A stretch of 64,000 nucleotides of DNA from Acidimicrobiales bacterium (GCA_030681555.1 JAUXRW010000125.1:1730-65729), one strand, 5' to 3'; shown: positions 46,572-55,824, counted from the first letter of the stretch. Notes: generated by a model not told the origin, from the letters alone. Program-made: numbers and translations.

Positions 46572-46644
46572 GTCGGCGAACCCGCGACGCCACGTACACA
46601 AAAGTGTGTGCTCGGTGTCGTTGGTTCGATCCCCCGAGCCGACC
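46572..46644 (+). other. tRNA-like relic (not a functional tRNA)
   Basis: GGTTCGATCCC (46623-46633) matches a canonical T-loop. gtcggcg (46572-46578) can pair at 6 of 7 positions with agccgac (46637-46643) at tRNA-like 73-nt spacing. The D, anticodon and T stems do not form. Confidence 0.2.
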
Positions 46645-46818
46645 TCGCGACGGTACGTGCACACTTCTGTCAACCGGGCGTCGCGAGTTCGGCGGGGAGG
46701 CCAGCAGGGGCTGCCCTCGCCGCGCCCTTGACCTGCGTCCGGGCCAGCTCGTCCTGGCCAGCGAGGCACGCTGCGCCCCAGCAGCCAGCCCAGAGCCAGG
46801 TCCTCTCCGACAGGATCG

Positions 46819-48156
46819 TCAGGGCTGGGGTTGGAGCTGCTCCATCTGGGCCTCGAGCTCGACGATGCGGGCCTTGAGGCGCTTGATGAGATCGGCGGCC
46901 TGGGTGAGCTTGATGTTGGCCTCGTCGTGGTCGAGGTAGCGCTGCAGCATGGCCTCGCTGGCCGTGAGCCGCCGTTGCATGCGGACGCACCGGTCGTAGA
47001 GGTCGACGTACAGGTCGGAGAAGCGCGGTCCGAGGAGCACGGCCTCGGGCTCGCCGAGGGAGTCCATGCGATCGGCGTGCGGCTCGTGGCCCAGGACGGC
47101 GCGGGCGGTGGCCCGGAGGTAGGCGATCCCGTTGCGCTCGTCGGGCTCGAGGTGGGCCCCCTCGGCCCACTCGTTCCACGCGTTGATGAAGACCACGCCG
47201 CCGCGCGAGCGAGCGCGCTCGTACACCTGGTGCAGCCAGCGCTCGTAGGCCTCGGGCGTGTTGTTGATGACGGCGAGCGAGCGGCCGTCGCCCCGGCGCG
47301 GGGTGTTGTCCCAACCGGGGAACACGCACTCGTGCCGGGTCCACTCGGGCTCGGGCTGGTCGAGGAACGTGCGGACGACGTCGGCGTAGTCGTAGACGGC
47401 GTTGCCGGGTGCGGCGTCGGTCGTGTCGGTCGTCTGCACCAGCTCGCCGAGGCCGTGGGGCAGGAACTGCGCGGCGGCGTCGCAGTGGTGGTCGGCGGGG
47501 TCGTCGAAGCGCCCGTGGGTATCGAACTTCACGATGTACGGATCGCCGAGCCCGGCGTCGATAGACACCTGGCGGAGCCGGGCGATGAACCCCTCGGCGT
47601 CGGGCAGCGACTGCACCCGGTAGACGAGGAACAGCGGGCGCCCGTCGATCCGCACGTAGCGGTGGTCGCGGAACGCCTCCACGAGGTAGAGGACGTGCTC
47701 CTCCCGCTCGTCGACGTTGTAGGTCTGCTTGAGCAGGATCTCGTGCTCGCCCGCGTCCCAGGCGCGCGTCCAGTTCTCGTTGGCCCAGCAGAGGCAGAAG
47801 GGGAAGTCGGGCGACCCGCTGCGGAGCACCTCGTCGAACACCCGGTCGAGCACGCGCCGACCACCGAACCAGTAGTGGTAGTAGCAGAAGGCGTCGATGC
47901 CGTGAGCCCGCGCCAGCGCGGCCTGCTGCTCCCGGACCTCGGGGACGCGGAGGTCGTAGAACCCGAGGTCGCCGGGCAGGTGCGGCTGGTAGTGCCCCTC
48001 GAAAAGGGGCTTCGCCTTCACCACGTTGTTCCACTCCGTGAAGCCCTTGCCCCACCACGCATCGTTCTCCGGGACCGGGTGGAACTGCGGCAGGTAGAAG
48101 GAGATGACCTTCGGGTGATCGGGGGCGGGCGCCTCGTACTCGTGCTCGTCGGTCAC
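46819..48156 (-). CDS. WbsX-family (glycosyltransferase/glycoside-hydrolase-like) polysaccharide biosynthesis protein with C-terminal coiled coil
   Basis: The start is trimmed to GTG 48156, giving 445 aa. It contains ISFYLPQFHPVPENDAWWGKGFTEWNNV, CWANENWTRAWDG-like and NAWNEWAEG blocks. The tail is LIKRLKARIVELEAQMEQLQ. Confidence 0.8.
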   Translation of the reverse strand: MTDEHEYEAPAPDHPKVISFYLPQFHPVPENDAWWGKGFTEWNNVVKAKPLFEGHYQPHLPGDLGFYDLRVPEVREQQAALARAHGIDAFCYYHYWFGGRRVLDRVFDEVLRSGSPDFPFCLCWANENWTRAWDAGEHEILLKQTYNVDEREEHVLYLVEAFRDHRYVRIDGRPLFLVYRVQSLPDAEGFIARLRQVSIDAGLGDPYIVKFDTHGRFDDPADHHCDAAAQFLPHGLGELVQTTDTTDAAPGNAVYDYADVVRTFLDQPEPEWTRHECVFPGWDNTPRRGDGRSLAVINNTPEAYERWLHQVYERARSRGGVVFINAWNEWAEGAHLEPDERNGIAYLRATARAVLGHEPHADRMDSLGEPEAVLLGPRFSDLYVDLYDRCVRMQRRLTASEAMLQRYLDHDEANIKLTQAADLIKRLKARIVELEAQMEQLQPQP

Positions 48157-48166
48157 GCCGGATCGC

Positions 48167-48946
48167 TCACAGGATCGGTCGGAACCGCAGGCCGCGGTTG
48201 AGGTAGGCCGTGGCGAGCCGGAACGGGGTGGGCAGCGACCGGTCCCCACGGACCACCTCGACCATGTCGCGGTCGACGGTGATCTCGGCGATGGCGCTGC
48301 GGTCGGTGCCGGCCACCATCACGAGCTCGACGATGAGGTTGGTGAGGGCCGGGCGATCGGCCCAGTAGCCCCCGGCGTACTGCCAGAGATCCTCGTCCAT
48401 GTGGGCCCAGTTCCAGTCCTCGATGATGTACCGGCCACCGGGCCGGAGCCGGGGAAAGGTGACCTCGAAGGTGGACCGGGTCTCGCGGTACAGGTGGGAG
48501 GCGTCGTCCACGATGAGGTCGAGCGGACGATCCTCGAGGTGCTCCTCGAGGATCCCGGCCAGCGCGATCTCGTCGGCTTGGTCGACGCCGTAGAACCGCT
48601 TCAGCTGCCCGGACGCCGCGGTGGCGGCGAACTCGTCGAGCGCGGTCACCGGCTCGGCCTCGAGCTCCACGGCGAGGTGGATCTCCGGCCGCAGCAGCGC
48701 GTTCAGGAACGCCGTGCTGCCGCCCTTGTAGAGGCCGACCTCGAAGATCGTGGAGATCTCCTCAGGAGGCAGGCGGTCGACCAGCCAGTCGACCATCTCC
48801 TTGCGCTTCACGAGCATGAACTCGCGGCTCGTCGCCGGGTGCACCGTGTACACCTCCGGGTCGACGGAGAGCAGGAACCGCGTGCCGCCGACCTCCAGCA
48901 CGTCGTCGCTCAGCCAGTGCAACCCAGCGTGGGTGTCGATGCTCAC
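48167..48946 (-). CDS. Class I SAM-dependent methyltransferase (CmcI / sugar O-methyltransferase-like)
   Basis: 259 aa. The GTG start overlaps the upstream stop (GTGA). It contains IFEVGLYKGGSTAFL, DLIVDDASH and PGGRYIIEDW. Confidence 0.75.
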   Translation of the reverse strand: MSIDTHAGLHWLSDDVLEVGGTRFLLSVDPEVYTVHPATSREFMLVKRKEMVDWLVDRLPPEEISTIFEVGLYKGGSTAFLNALLRPEIHLAVELEAEPVTALDEFAATAASGQLKRFYGVDQADEIALAGILEEHLEDRPLDLIVDDASHLYRETRSTFEVTFPRLRPGGRYIIEDWNWAHMDEDLWQYAGGYWADRPALTNLIVELVMVAGTDRSAIAEITVDRDMVEVVRGDRSLPTPFRLATAYLNRGLRFRPIL

Positions 48947-49887
48947 CGGGCGCTGCGGAGGGCGCGGTACAGCGAGCGCAGGCCGGCCGTCGCCCGGAAC
49001 GTCTTCGTGCGGTAGACCGCGTCGAGCTCCTGCCGCGCCTGGACGGCGTCGGACAGCTGGGCCTCCATGGCCGCCACCTTCTCCTCCAGCGTCGCGAAGT
49101 CGACCTCCAACGTGGCCCGCTGTGAGCGCTCCTGGCGGAGCTGCTCATCGATGTCGGCGAAGCGGCGCACCTGCGCCTCCTGCTCTGCGGTGCCGTCGAC
49201 GGGCACCGCGCGGAGGACGAACTGGTAGCTCTGCGCCTCGGGATCCTCGAGGGCGGCACGGAGGATCTCGGAAGGCACGTCGGACGCGTTCACCTCGAGC
49301 TCGGTCTCGAACGGCGGCCGCATCACCCGGTGCAGCTCCACCAGGTGGAAGCCGGCGTCCTCGACGAGCTGGGTGATCGACGCCCGCGTGAAGAAGCGCA
49401 GGTGGGTGCGATCGAGCAGCCCGTAGTCCCGGTACTCGAAGCGACCGGCGAGCAACGCCAGCTTCACGTCGACGTGGGCTACGTTCGGCAGGGAGATCAC
49501 GGCGTAGCCGCCGGGGCGCAGCGCTTCGCGGCACTCCTGGAGCACGCCCGCCGGGTCGATGAGGTGCTCGAGCACGTCGCCGGCGTAGACGACGTCGAAC
49601 TCGCGCCCGGCCACGGCCTTGGTGACCGCGCCGGGGTCGAAGAGGCTGGTGACCACGACGTCGTCGGCTATCTCGGCGGCGGCCTCGGCGGCGCGGGCGT
49701 CGTACTCGATACCGACCACCCGGCAGCCCTGCTCGACGAGGGCCTGGGTGACGTGCCCGGCCGCGCAGCCGAGCTCCAGGACGTCCTTGTCCCGACCGAT
49801 CATGGCCAGGGAGAAGGCGTGGGCGTTGTTCGGAGCGGTGCGATCGACGGGGGCCCAGTACTTGAAGCTGTCTGTGTTCGCAGCCAT
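48943..49887 (-). CDS. Class I SAM-dependent methyltransferase with C-terminal coiled coil
   Basis: The start is trimmed to ATG 49887, giving 314 aa. It contains VLELGCAAGHVTQAL and DVVYAGDVLEHL. The tail is LEVDFATLEEKVAAMEAQLSDAVQARQELDAVYRTKTFRATAGLRSLY. Confidence 0.85.
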   Translation of the reverse strand: MAANTDSFKYWAPVDRTAPNNAHAFSLAMIGRDKDVLELGCAAGHVTQALVEQGCRVVGIEYDARAAEAAAEIADDVVVTSLFDPGAVTKAVAGREFDVVYAGDVLEHLIDPAGVLQECREALRPGGYAVISLPNVAHVDVKLALLAGRFEYRDYGLLDRTHLRFFTRASITQLVEDAGFHLVELHRVMRPPFETELEVNASDVPSEILRAALEDPEAQSYQFVLRAVPVDGTAEQEAQVRRFADIDEQLRQERSQRATLEVDFATLEEKVAAMEAQLSDAVQARQELDAVYRTKTFRATAGLRSLYRALRSAR

Positions 49888-50002
49888 GACCCGAAGACGG
49901 TAGTCCACCGGCCTCCGAGGGCGATATGTCGGGAACTCGGTTCCGCTTTGCGGTCGCGTTGCGCGGTGTCCTGGTGCCACCCTGCACCGGTACTGTTCGA
50001 AG

Positions 50003-51760
50003 ATGGCACGCACCCGGAGGCGGTGGCGGCGGACCTTCGCGGTCGCCCTGCTGGGGACGGTGCTCGGCATCACCCTGGCTCCCGCCATGGTCGCTTCCCA
50101 GGAGGCACCCGTAGCCCCGCCCCCCGAGGTCGACGGCCCCGTCCCCACCGCCGCCGGGCTGCGCGGGGGTCCGATCACCTCGGTGCGCCGGCCGCTCGCC
50201 GAGCACGGCTACGTGGAGCAGGAGTTCTTCCTCGCCGGCACCGCCAACGCATACGAGGCCGCAGGCTTGTGGGGCGAGGACGGGCGTTGGGGCACCACCG
50301 TCCGCGCCTCGTCGCCCTACGCCACCCGGCTCCTGGTGCGCCGCCCGATCGATCCGTCCCGCTTCAACGGCACGGTCATCGTCAGCTGGCTCAACGTCGA
50401 CGGCGGCTTCGAGAACGACGTCGAGTGGGTCCAGGCCGGCGACGAGCTCATGCGGGAGGGCGCCGCCTACGTGGGGGTGTCGGCGCAGTCGCTCGGCGTC
50501 AGCGGCCTGCTGGGCGCCGTCGTCTGGGACACCACGCGCTACGCCCGGCTCGGCCTCACCGACGATGCCCTCTCCTACGACGTCTTCACCCACGCCGGCG
50601 CAGTCCTGAAGGATCCCGGCGAGGTCGACCCGCTCGAGGGCCTCCCCGCGGAGCGCCGCCTGATCGCCACCGGCCAGTCGCAGTCGGCGCAGCGGCTCGT
50701 CACCTACATGAACGCCTTTCACCCATCGGCCGACGTGTACGACGGGTTCCTGCTCCTGTCACGGTTCGCGGGGGCGGCGCCGCTCGGTGCCGCCCCGATG
50801 ACGTACCCGGATCCGGACGCGCCCTCCCGGCCCGATCCGCTCACCGCGCTGTTGGCCGGCCCGCCCCGGGCGCAGCTCCGGGACGACCTCGACGTCCCGG
50901 TGTTCGTCCTCCTCACCGAGACCGAGGCGTCCCAGAACGACGCTGTCCGCCGCCCCGACTCCGAGCGGTACCGGACGTGGGAGGTGGCGGGCAGCGCGCA
51001 CCTCGACACGACGCTCCTCGGTGCCCAGCGCTCGTTGCTGCGGCGCGAGTTCCCGCTGGCCATCGTCGACCCGATGGCCAGCTGCGCATCGCCCAACGCC
51101 TTCCCCACCGCCTACGCGGTGCGAGCGGCCCTGCGCGCCATGGGCGCCTGGGTGGCTGACGGTGACGCGCCGCCGTCCGCGCCACGCCTCACCCGGGACG
51201 CCGCAGGGGCGATCGTGCGGGACCCCGACGGCAACGCCCTCGGCGGCGTGCGCCTCCCGGAGATCGAGGTGCCGACCGCCTCGCACAGCGGCGAGTCGAG
51301 CGTCGACGGGATGTGCAGCCTGGTCGGCTCCACGGTGCCCTTCGACGCCGCCGAGCTCGCAGCCCGCTACCCCCATCCGCAGGCCTACATCGATGCCGTG
51401 GCCGAGGCGTCGGCCTCCGCCGTCGAGGCCGGTCACATGGTGCCCGAGGACGTCGCCGTGGCCGCCGCCACCGCCACCCGTTCGGTCGGGGGCACGGCCA
51501 GCCCCGCCGGCGCCGCTGCTCCCGAGAGCGGGGCCGCCACCCCCGGCGCGGCCGGCCCCGATGCCGTCGCCACGCCTGACCGAGGAGCGGCGGCGGCGGC
51601 ACCCGATGCGCCCGACCGGGCGGAGGCGAAGCGTTCCGATCCCGGGTGGATGGCCACCACCGGACGCGACCTCATCACCCCCGTGCTGATCGGTTTCCTC
51701 CTGCTGCTCAACGGCCGGGTCGTGCTGACGATCGCCAACCAGCGCCGCTCCGGTCGCTGA
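50003..51760 (+). CDS. Secreted alpha/beta-hydrolase-like protein with low-complexity linker and C-terminal membrane anchor
   Basis: 585 aa. It has the signal peptide MARTRRRWRRTFAVALLGTVLGITLAPAMVA and a GQSQSAQ nucleophile-elbow-like motif. An Ala/Pro-rich linker precedes the terminal sequence MATTGRDLITPVLIGFLLLLNG...NQRRSGR. Confidence 0.8.
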   Translation: MARTRRRWRRTFAVALLGTVLGITLAPAMVASQEAPVAPPPEVDGPVPTAAGLRGGPITSVRRPLAEHGYVEQEFFLAGTANAYEAAGLWGEDGRWGTTVRASSPYATRLLVRRPIDPSRFNGTVIVSWLNVDGGFENDVEWVQAGDELMREGAAYVGVSAQSLGVSGLLGAVVWDTTRYARLGLTDDALSYDVFTHAGAVLKDPGEVDPLEGLPAERRLIATGQSQSAQRLVTYMNAFHPSADVYDGFLLLSRFAGAAPLGAAPMTYPDPDAPSRPDPLTALLAGPPRAQLRDDLDVPVFVLLTETEASQNDAVRRPDSERYRTWEVAGSAHLDTTLLGAQRSLLRREFPLAIVDPMASCASPNAFPTAYAVRAALRAMGAWVADGDAPPSAPRLTRDAAGAIVRDPDGNALGGVRLPEIEVPTASHSGESSVDGMCSLVGSTVPFDAAELAARYPHPQAYIDAVAEASASAVEAGHMVPEDVAVAAATATRSVGGTASPAGAAAPESGAATPGAAGPDAVATPDRGAAAAAPDAPDRAEAKRSDPGWMATTGRDLITPVLIGFLLLLNGRVVLTIANQRRSGR

Positions 51761-51763
51761 CCG

Positions 51764-51958
51764 CTACTCCCGGTCGGCCAACCCGCTGGCCAGCTCGACC
51801 CCGGCAAGCACGAGGCGGACGACCACGGCGTCGGCCGTGCTGCGATCGGTGGCACCGCTCCGCCAGCTGTCCATCGCGCCGGTGGCTCCAGCCACGAAGA
51901 CGGCGGACGCCACCTCCGCGATCTCCGGGGACAGGCCGACGCCGCGCTCGAAGAGCTC
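51764..51958 (-). pseudogene. Orphan C-terminal fragment of a TetR-like regulator
   Basis: It encodes ELFERGVGLSPEIAEVASAVFVAGATGAMDSWRSGATDRSTADAVVVRLVLAGVELASGLADRE followed by a stop at 51764-51766. There is no in-frame start and no HTH-encoding sequence upstream. Confidence 0.5.
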
Positions 51959-52197
51959 AGTGGCGGCGGCGGGCCGGCTCCCTGTCCATGGAGGCCTCGC
52001 GAAGCAGCCTCGGCACGGCTGGGAGGGGTAATCGGCGGGGCCACGTCGAGAGGTTGGTCGGCGCCCTTCTCAGACCCGCGGAGTTCCGGTACCGTGACCC
52101 GGAATGGTGAACCCGGCGGCCCGGCTGGCGGTTCGCGCCGTGGCGGTCCGGTGCGAACCCCAAGGGTCCTCGCGCCGGGCCCCGCACCCCGCCACCG

Positions 52198-52782
52198 TCA
52201 TCCGTCCACCGGCTGGTCGGCCGTGGCCCGCAGGCCCCGCACGACGTTGGCGAGGACGGCGTCCCGGAAGGCTTCGGTGACCTCGGTACGGTCGATGCTG
52301 CGCCGCATGATGAACGGGCCGATGACCATCGCCAGGGCGGCCTCGAGGTCGACGTCCCGCCCGATCTCGCCCCGCAGTTGCGCGAGCTTCAGGACGGTTC
52401 GCACCGGCCGGCGACGCTCCTCCAGCATGGCGGCCACGAGGGCCCGCAGCTCCGGGTCGCGGTCGCCCGCCGCCAAGAGCATGGGGATGAGCTCGGGGTG
52501 CCCCCGCTCGTCGTCGGCGCTCTTGAACCGGTGGAAGAGCAGCCGGAGGTCCTCGTTCAGGTCGCCGGTGTCGGGGGTGACGTGCTCGACGAAGCACCCG
52601 CTGACCGCCGCCATGAGCATCGCCTGCTTCGTTCCGAAGTGACGGTAGAGCGTCGTCTTCGCGACCCCCGACGTGGCCGCGACGTCCTCGAAGGTGACGG
52701 CCTCGATCCCCTTGTGCACCGCCAGCTCGAGCGTGGCGGCGAGTGCCCCTAGGCGGGCCTCTTCGCTACGGGGTCGCCCCAT
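52198..52782 (-). CDS. TetR-family transcriptional regulator
   Basis: 194 aa from ATG 52782. The HTH is VTFEDVAATSGVAKTTLYRHFGTKQAML. It is divergent from an MFS gene. Confidence 0.88.
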   Translation of the reverse strand: MGRPRSEEARLGALAATLELAVHKGIEAVTFEDVAATSGVAKTTLYRHFGTKQAMLMAAVSGCFVEHVTPDTGDLNEDLRLLFHRFKSADDERGHPELIPMLLAAGDRDPELRALVAAMLEERRRPVRTVLKLAQLRGEIGRDVDLEAALAMVIGPFIMRRSIDRTEVTEAFRDAVLANVVRGLRATADQPVDG

Positions 52783-52830
52783 AGGACGTGAGCGTAGTGG
52801 AAGCAAGGTGATTTCTGGTCAGCCGGTGCT

Positions 52831-54561
52831 GTGACCGCAATCACGCGCCGCACCGTGGGGGGGCGCCTCTACAGTGTTCCGAACCGCTGCCGTAGCGAAA
52901 CCGGCGTCCGCCGCCCCGTCGCCTTCCACCGCCTGGAGTTCCGCTTGTCCGCCACCCCCGTCGATCTCGAGCACGTCGACCCCCGTACCTACGCCAACCG
53001 CTGGAAGATCCTCACGGTGCTCTGCACCAGCCTGATGATCGTCATCATCGGCAACACCGCCCTCAACGTCGCCATCCCCCGCCTGGCCAGCGACCTCGAT
53101 GCCTCGACCTCGGACCTCCAGTGGATGGTCGACTCCTACGCCCTGGTCTTCGCCGGGATGCTCTTCACCGCCGGCACGCTGGGCGACCGATTCGGCCGCA
53201 AGGGAGCGCTGCAGCTCGGCCTCGCCCTCTTCCTCGTGAGCACCGTCCTCGCCGCGGTGGGCACGACGTCCGGTGCCGTGATCGCCGCCCGAGGCCTGAT
53301 GGGCCTCGCCGCCGCCTTCGTCATGCCGTCGACGTTGTCCATCCTCACCAACGTGTTCCCCAGCCACGAGCGGGCCAAGGCCATCGCCGTGTGGGCGGGC
53401 ATCGCCGGCGGCGGCGGCGCCGTCGGCCCCGTGGCCTCCGGGTTCCTGTTGGAGCACTTCTGGTGGGGCTCGGTCTTCCTCGTCAACGTGCCCGTGATCG
53501 TCCTCGCCCTCGTCGGCGGGCGGCTGCTGATCCCGACGTCGAGCGACCCCGAGCAGCCGCCCCTGGATCTGCCCGGGGCGCTGCTGTCGATCCTCGGGCT
53601 GGGTGCCCTCGTCTACGGGATCATCGAGGGCCCGCACCACGGATGGACCAGCTCCCAGACGCTCGGCACCTTCGCCTTCGCCGCCGCAGGGCTGGCGGCC
53701 TTCGTGTGGCGCGAGCTCACGGCCCGGCACCCGATGCTCGACCTGCGCTACTTCAGCGACCGCAGGTTCAGCGTGGCCTCGGGCGGCATGACGCTCGTGT
53801 TCTTCGCGATGTTCGGGACGTTCTTCCTCGTCTCGCAGTACTTCCAGCTGGTGCTCGGCTACTCGCCCCTCGAGTCGGGCCTCTTCCAGGCGCCGATGGC
53901 CGTCGTCATGATGGCGCTGTCGCCGCAGGTTCCCCGGATCGTCGGCCGGTTCGGTGTCACCACCGTCGTCCCGCTGGGGCTCGGGTCCGTGTCGCTCGGG
54001 CTGCTCCTCTTCGCCCGCATGGGCGTCGACACAGCCATCTGGTGGATGTACGGCCCGATTCTCGCCCTCGCCGTCGGGATGGCACTGACGATGACGCCGC
54101 TCACGACCCTGATCATGTCGGCCGTCCCGCTCGGCAAGGCCGGCGTCGGCTCGGCCATGAACGACACCACCCGGGAGCTGGGCGGGGCCCTTGGCGTGGC
54201 GGTGCTCGGCTCGCTGCTGACGTCCACCTACGCCGGCTCGATCGGCGACTCGCTCGGCGGCCTCTCCGGCTCCGATCGCACCCTGGCCGAGTCGGGGATG
54301 GTCGGGGCGTTCCGCGTCGCCGAGGGGCTCGGCGGCTCCGGGCAGGAGCTGGTGCGCACGGCGAAGGAGGCCTTCGTCGACGGCATCCAGGTGGCGTCGG
54401 TCGCCGGCGCCGTCGTGGTGGCGATCGCCGCCGTCGCCGCGTGGCGGCTGTTGCCCTACCGGCCGTCGGCTCCGACCACGGTCGCCGGTCCGGCCACCAC
54501 TGACGTGCCCGCCAGAGCGGCGGGCGACACGCTCGAGGACGCCGTCCCCGTCCCCGGCTGA
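52831..54561 (+). CDS. MFS transporter, DHA2 (14-TMS type)
   Basis: It contains NTALNVAIPRLASDL and GTLGDRFGRKGAL, with hydrophobic segments throughout. The start is uncertain: GTG 52831 as in the track, or TTG 52945, which has GGAG upstream. Confidence 0.88.
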   Translation: MTAITRRTVGGRLYSVPNRCRSETGVRRPVAFHRLEFRLSATPVDLEHVDPRTYANRWKILTVLCTSLMIVIIGNTALNVAIPRLASDLDASTSDLQWMVDSYALVFAGMLFTAGTLGDRFGRKGALQLGLALFLVSTVLAAVGTTSGAVIAARGLMGLAAAFVMPSTLSILTNVFPSHERAKAIAVWAGIAGGGGAVGPVASGFLLEHFWWGSVFLVNVPVIVLALVGGRLLIPTSSDPEQPPLDLPGALLSILGLGALVYGIIEGPHHGWTSSQTLGTFAFAAAGLAAFVWRELTARHPMLDLRYFSDRRFSVASGGMTLVFFAMFGTFFLVSQYFQLVLGYSPLESGLFQAPMAVVMMALSPQVPRIVGRFGVTTVVPLGLGSVSLGLLLFARMGVDTAIWWMYGPILALAVGMALTMTPLTTLIMSAVPLGKAGVGSAMNDTTRELGGALGVAVLGSLLTSTYAGSIGDSLGGLSGSDRTLAESGMVGAFRVAEGLGGSGQELVRTAKEAFVDGIQVASVAGAVVVAIAAVAAWRLLPYRPSAPTTVAGPATTDVPARAAGDTLEDAVPVPG

Positions 54562-54621
54562 CCGCCACGGGCCATCCGGCCACGTCGGCCATGGCAACAT
54601 CGACCCCATGCCAGGACCGAC

Positions 54622-54945
54622 GTGGCAGGCCTGATCCCGAAGCCGGCCGGGGACCTGTGGGGACGGGTCGACAAGGTGTTGGCCGACGGCGACGTCGTCC
54701 TGACCAGGTTTGACCGCACTCTCACCGAGGAGAGCGGGACGTTCACCGAGGTCGGCGACGCCCTCACGACGGTGGACGGCACCGTGCGCGAAGCCACGGA
54801 CGTGCCCGGCGCGGTGAAGGAGTCGCTGCAGGACCTCGAGATCACGCCCGAGCTGCTCGACCAGATGCCGGAGGTGGCCACGAAGCTCGACGAGGTGCAT
54901 CGCATCGTGCGATCGCTGGGCCAGCCCCGCGCCGGCGCGAGGTGA
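54622..54945 (+). CDS. Hypothetical acidic protein
   Basis: 107 codons with a GTG start and very strong G/C bias at third codon positions. Its stop overlaps the next gene's GTG start (GTGA). I recognise no family. Confidence 0.6.
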   Translation: MAGLIPKPAGDLWGRVDKVLADGDVVLTRFDRTLTEESGTFTEVGDALTTVDGTVREATDVPGAVKESLQDLEITPELLDQMPEVATKLDEVHRIVRSLGQPRAGAR

Positions 54946-55805
54946 GCACGTCCTGGGAGGCATGGCGGGCCGCCTCGACGATCATCGGTCGCGGCGGCGT
55001 CACGGTCGCCGCCTATGACGTCGGCCCGGTCGACGGCCCGCCGTACACGTTCCTCCACGGCTACCCGTCGGCCTCGATCGACATCGCCGCAGTCGCCGCC
55101 CGGCTGCCCGACCACCGGATGCTCGCGGTCGACTTCCCGGGGTTCGGCGCGTCGCCCAAGGCGCCGGGCATGGAGCTGTCCATCCACCGAGCAGCCGACG
55201 CCGTCGAGGCCCTGTGGGCCGATCGCTCCGTAGCCTCCACGCTGGTCGTCGCTCACGACTACGGCGTGTCCGTGGCCCAGGAGCTGCTCGCCCGCTGCGC
55301 CGAGGGGACGCAGCCCGTGGAGCTCACCGCCGTGGTGTGGATGAACGGCGGCCTCTACCCCGACATCCATCGGCCGACGCTCGGCCAGGAGCTGCTGCTC
55401 GACCCTGAGCAGGGCGCGGCGCTCGCCGCCGCCATGGACGAGGAGATGTTCGCCGGGGGCATCGCCGGCACGTGGGGTACCCGTGTGCCGCTCGACGCCG
55501 AAGCGGTGCACGCCATGTGGTGCTCGATGGACGAGTCCGGCGGTGCCCACCTCATGCACGAGCTGCTCCACTACCTGGCCGACAGGCGCACCCACGCCGA
55601 CCGCTGGCGGAGTGCGCTGGAGACGAGCGACCTCCCCATCGAGTTCGTGTGGGGCGACCTCGACCCGGTGTCGGGCGCGCACATGATCGCCCGCGTGGAG
55701 GAGCGCATCCCGACGGCCGCCGTGCACCGCCTCCCCGACGTCGGCCACTGGCCGCCGCTCGAGGCGCCCGACGAGGTGGCCGCCGCGATCCGGCGGCTTT
55801 GCTGA
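54942..55805 (+). CDS. Alpha/beta hydrolase
   Basis: 287 aa. It contains FLHGYPSAS, VAHDYGVSVAQ (nucleophile-elbow position) and DVGHWPPLE. Confidence 0.85.
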   Translation: MSTSWEAWRAASTIIGRGGVTVAAYDVGPVDGPPYTFLHGYPSASIDIAAVAARLPDHRMLAVDFPGFGASPKAPGMELSIHRAADAVEALWADRSVASTLVVAHDYGVSVAQELLARCAEGTQPVELTAVVWMNGGLYPDIHRPTLGQELLLDPEQGAALAAAMDEEMFAGGIAGTWGTRVPLDAEAVHAMWCSMDESGGAHLMHELLHYLADRRTHADRWRSALETSDLPIEFVWGDLDPVSGAHMIARVEERIPTAAVHRLPDVGHWPPLEAPDEVAAAIRRLC

Positions 55806-55824
55806 GGATCGGTGTCCTGAGGAT

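Noticed and set aside
46572-46644. Functional tRNA gene
   Set aside because: Only the T-loop sequence and a 6-of-7 acceptor pairing are present. U8 is absent, and the D-arm, a 7-nt anticodon loop and the T-stem do not form. I kept it only as a relic.
52819-54963. 714-aa minus-strand ORF over the DHA2 transporter gene
   Set aside because: It lies antisense to a transporter gene with clear MFS motifs, and its composition is typical of shadow ORFs.
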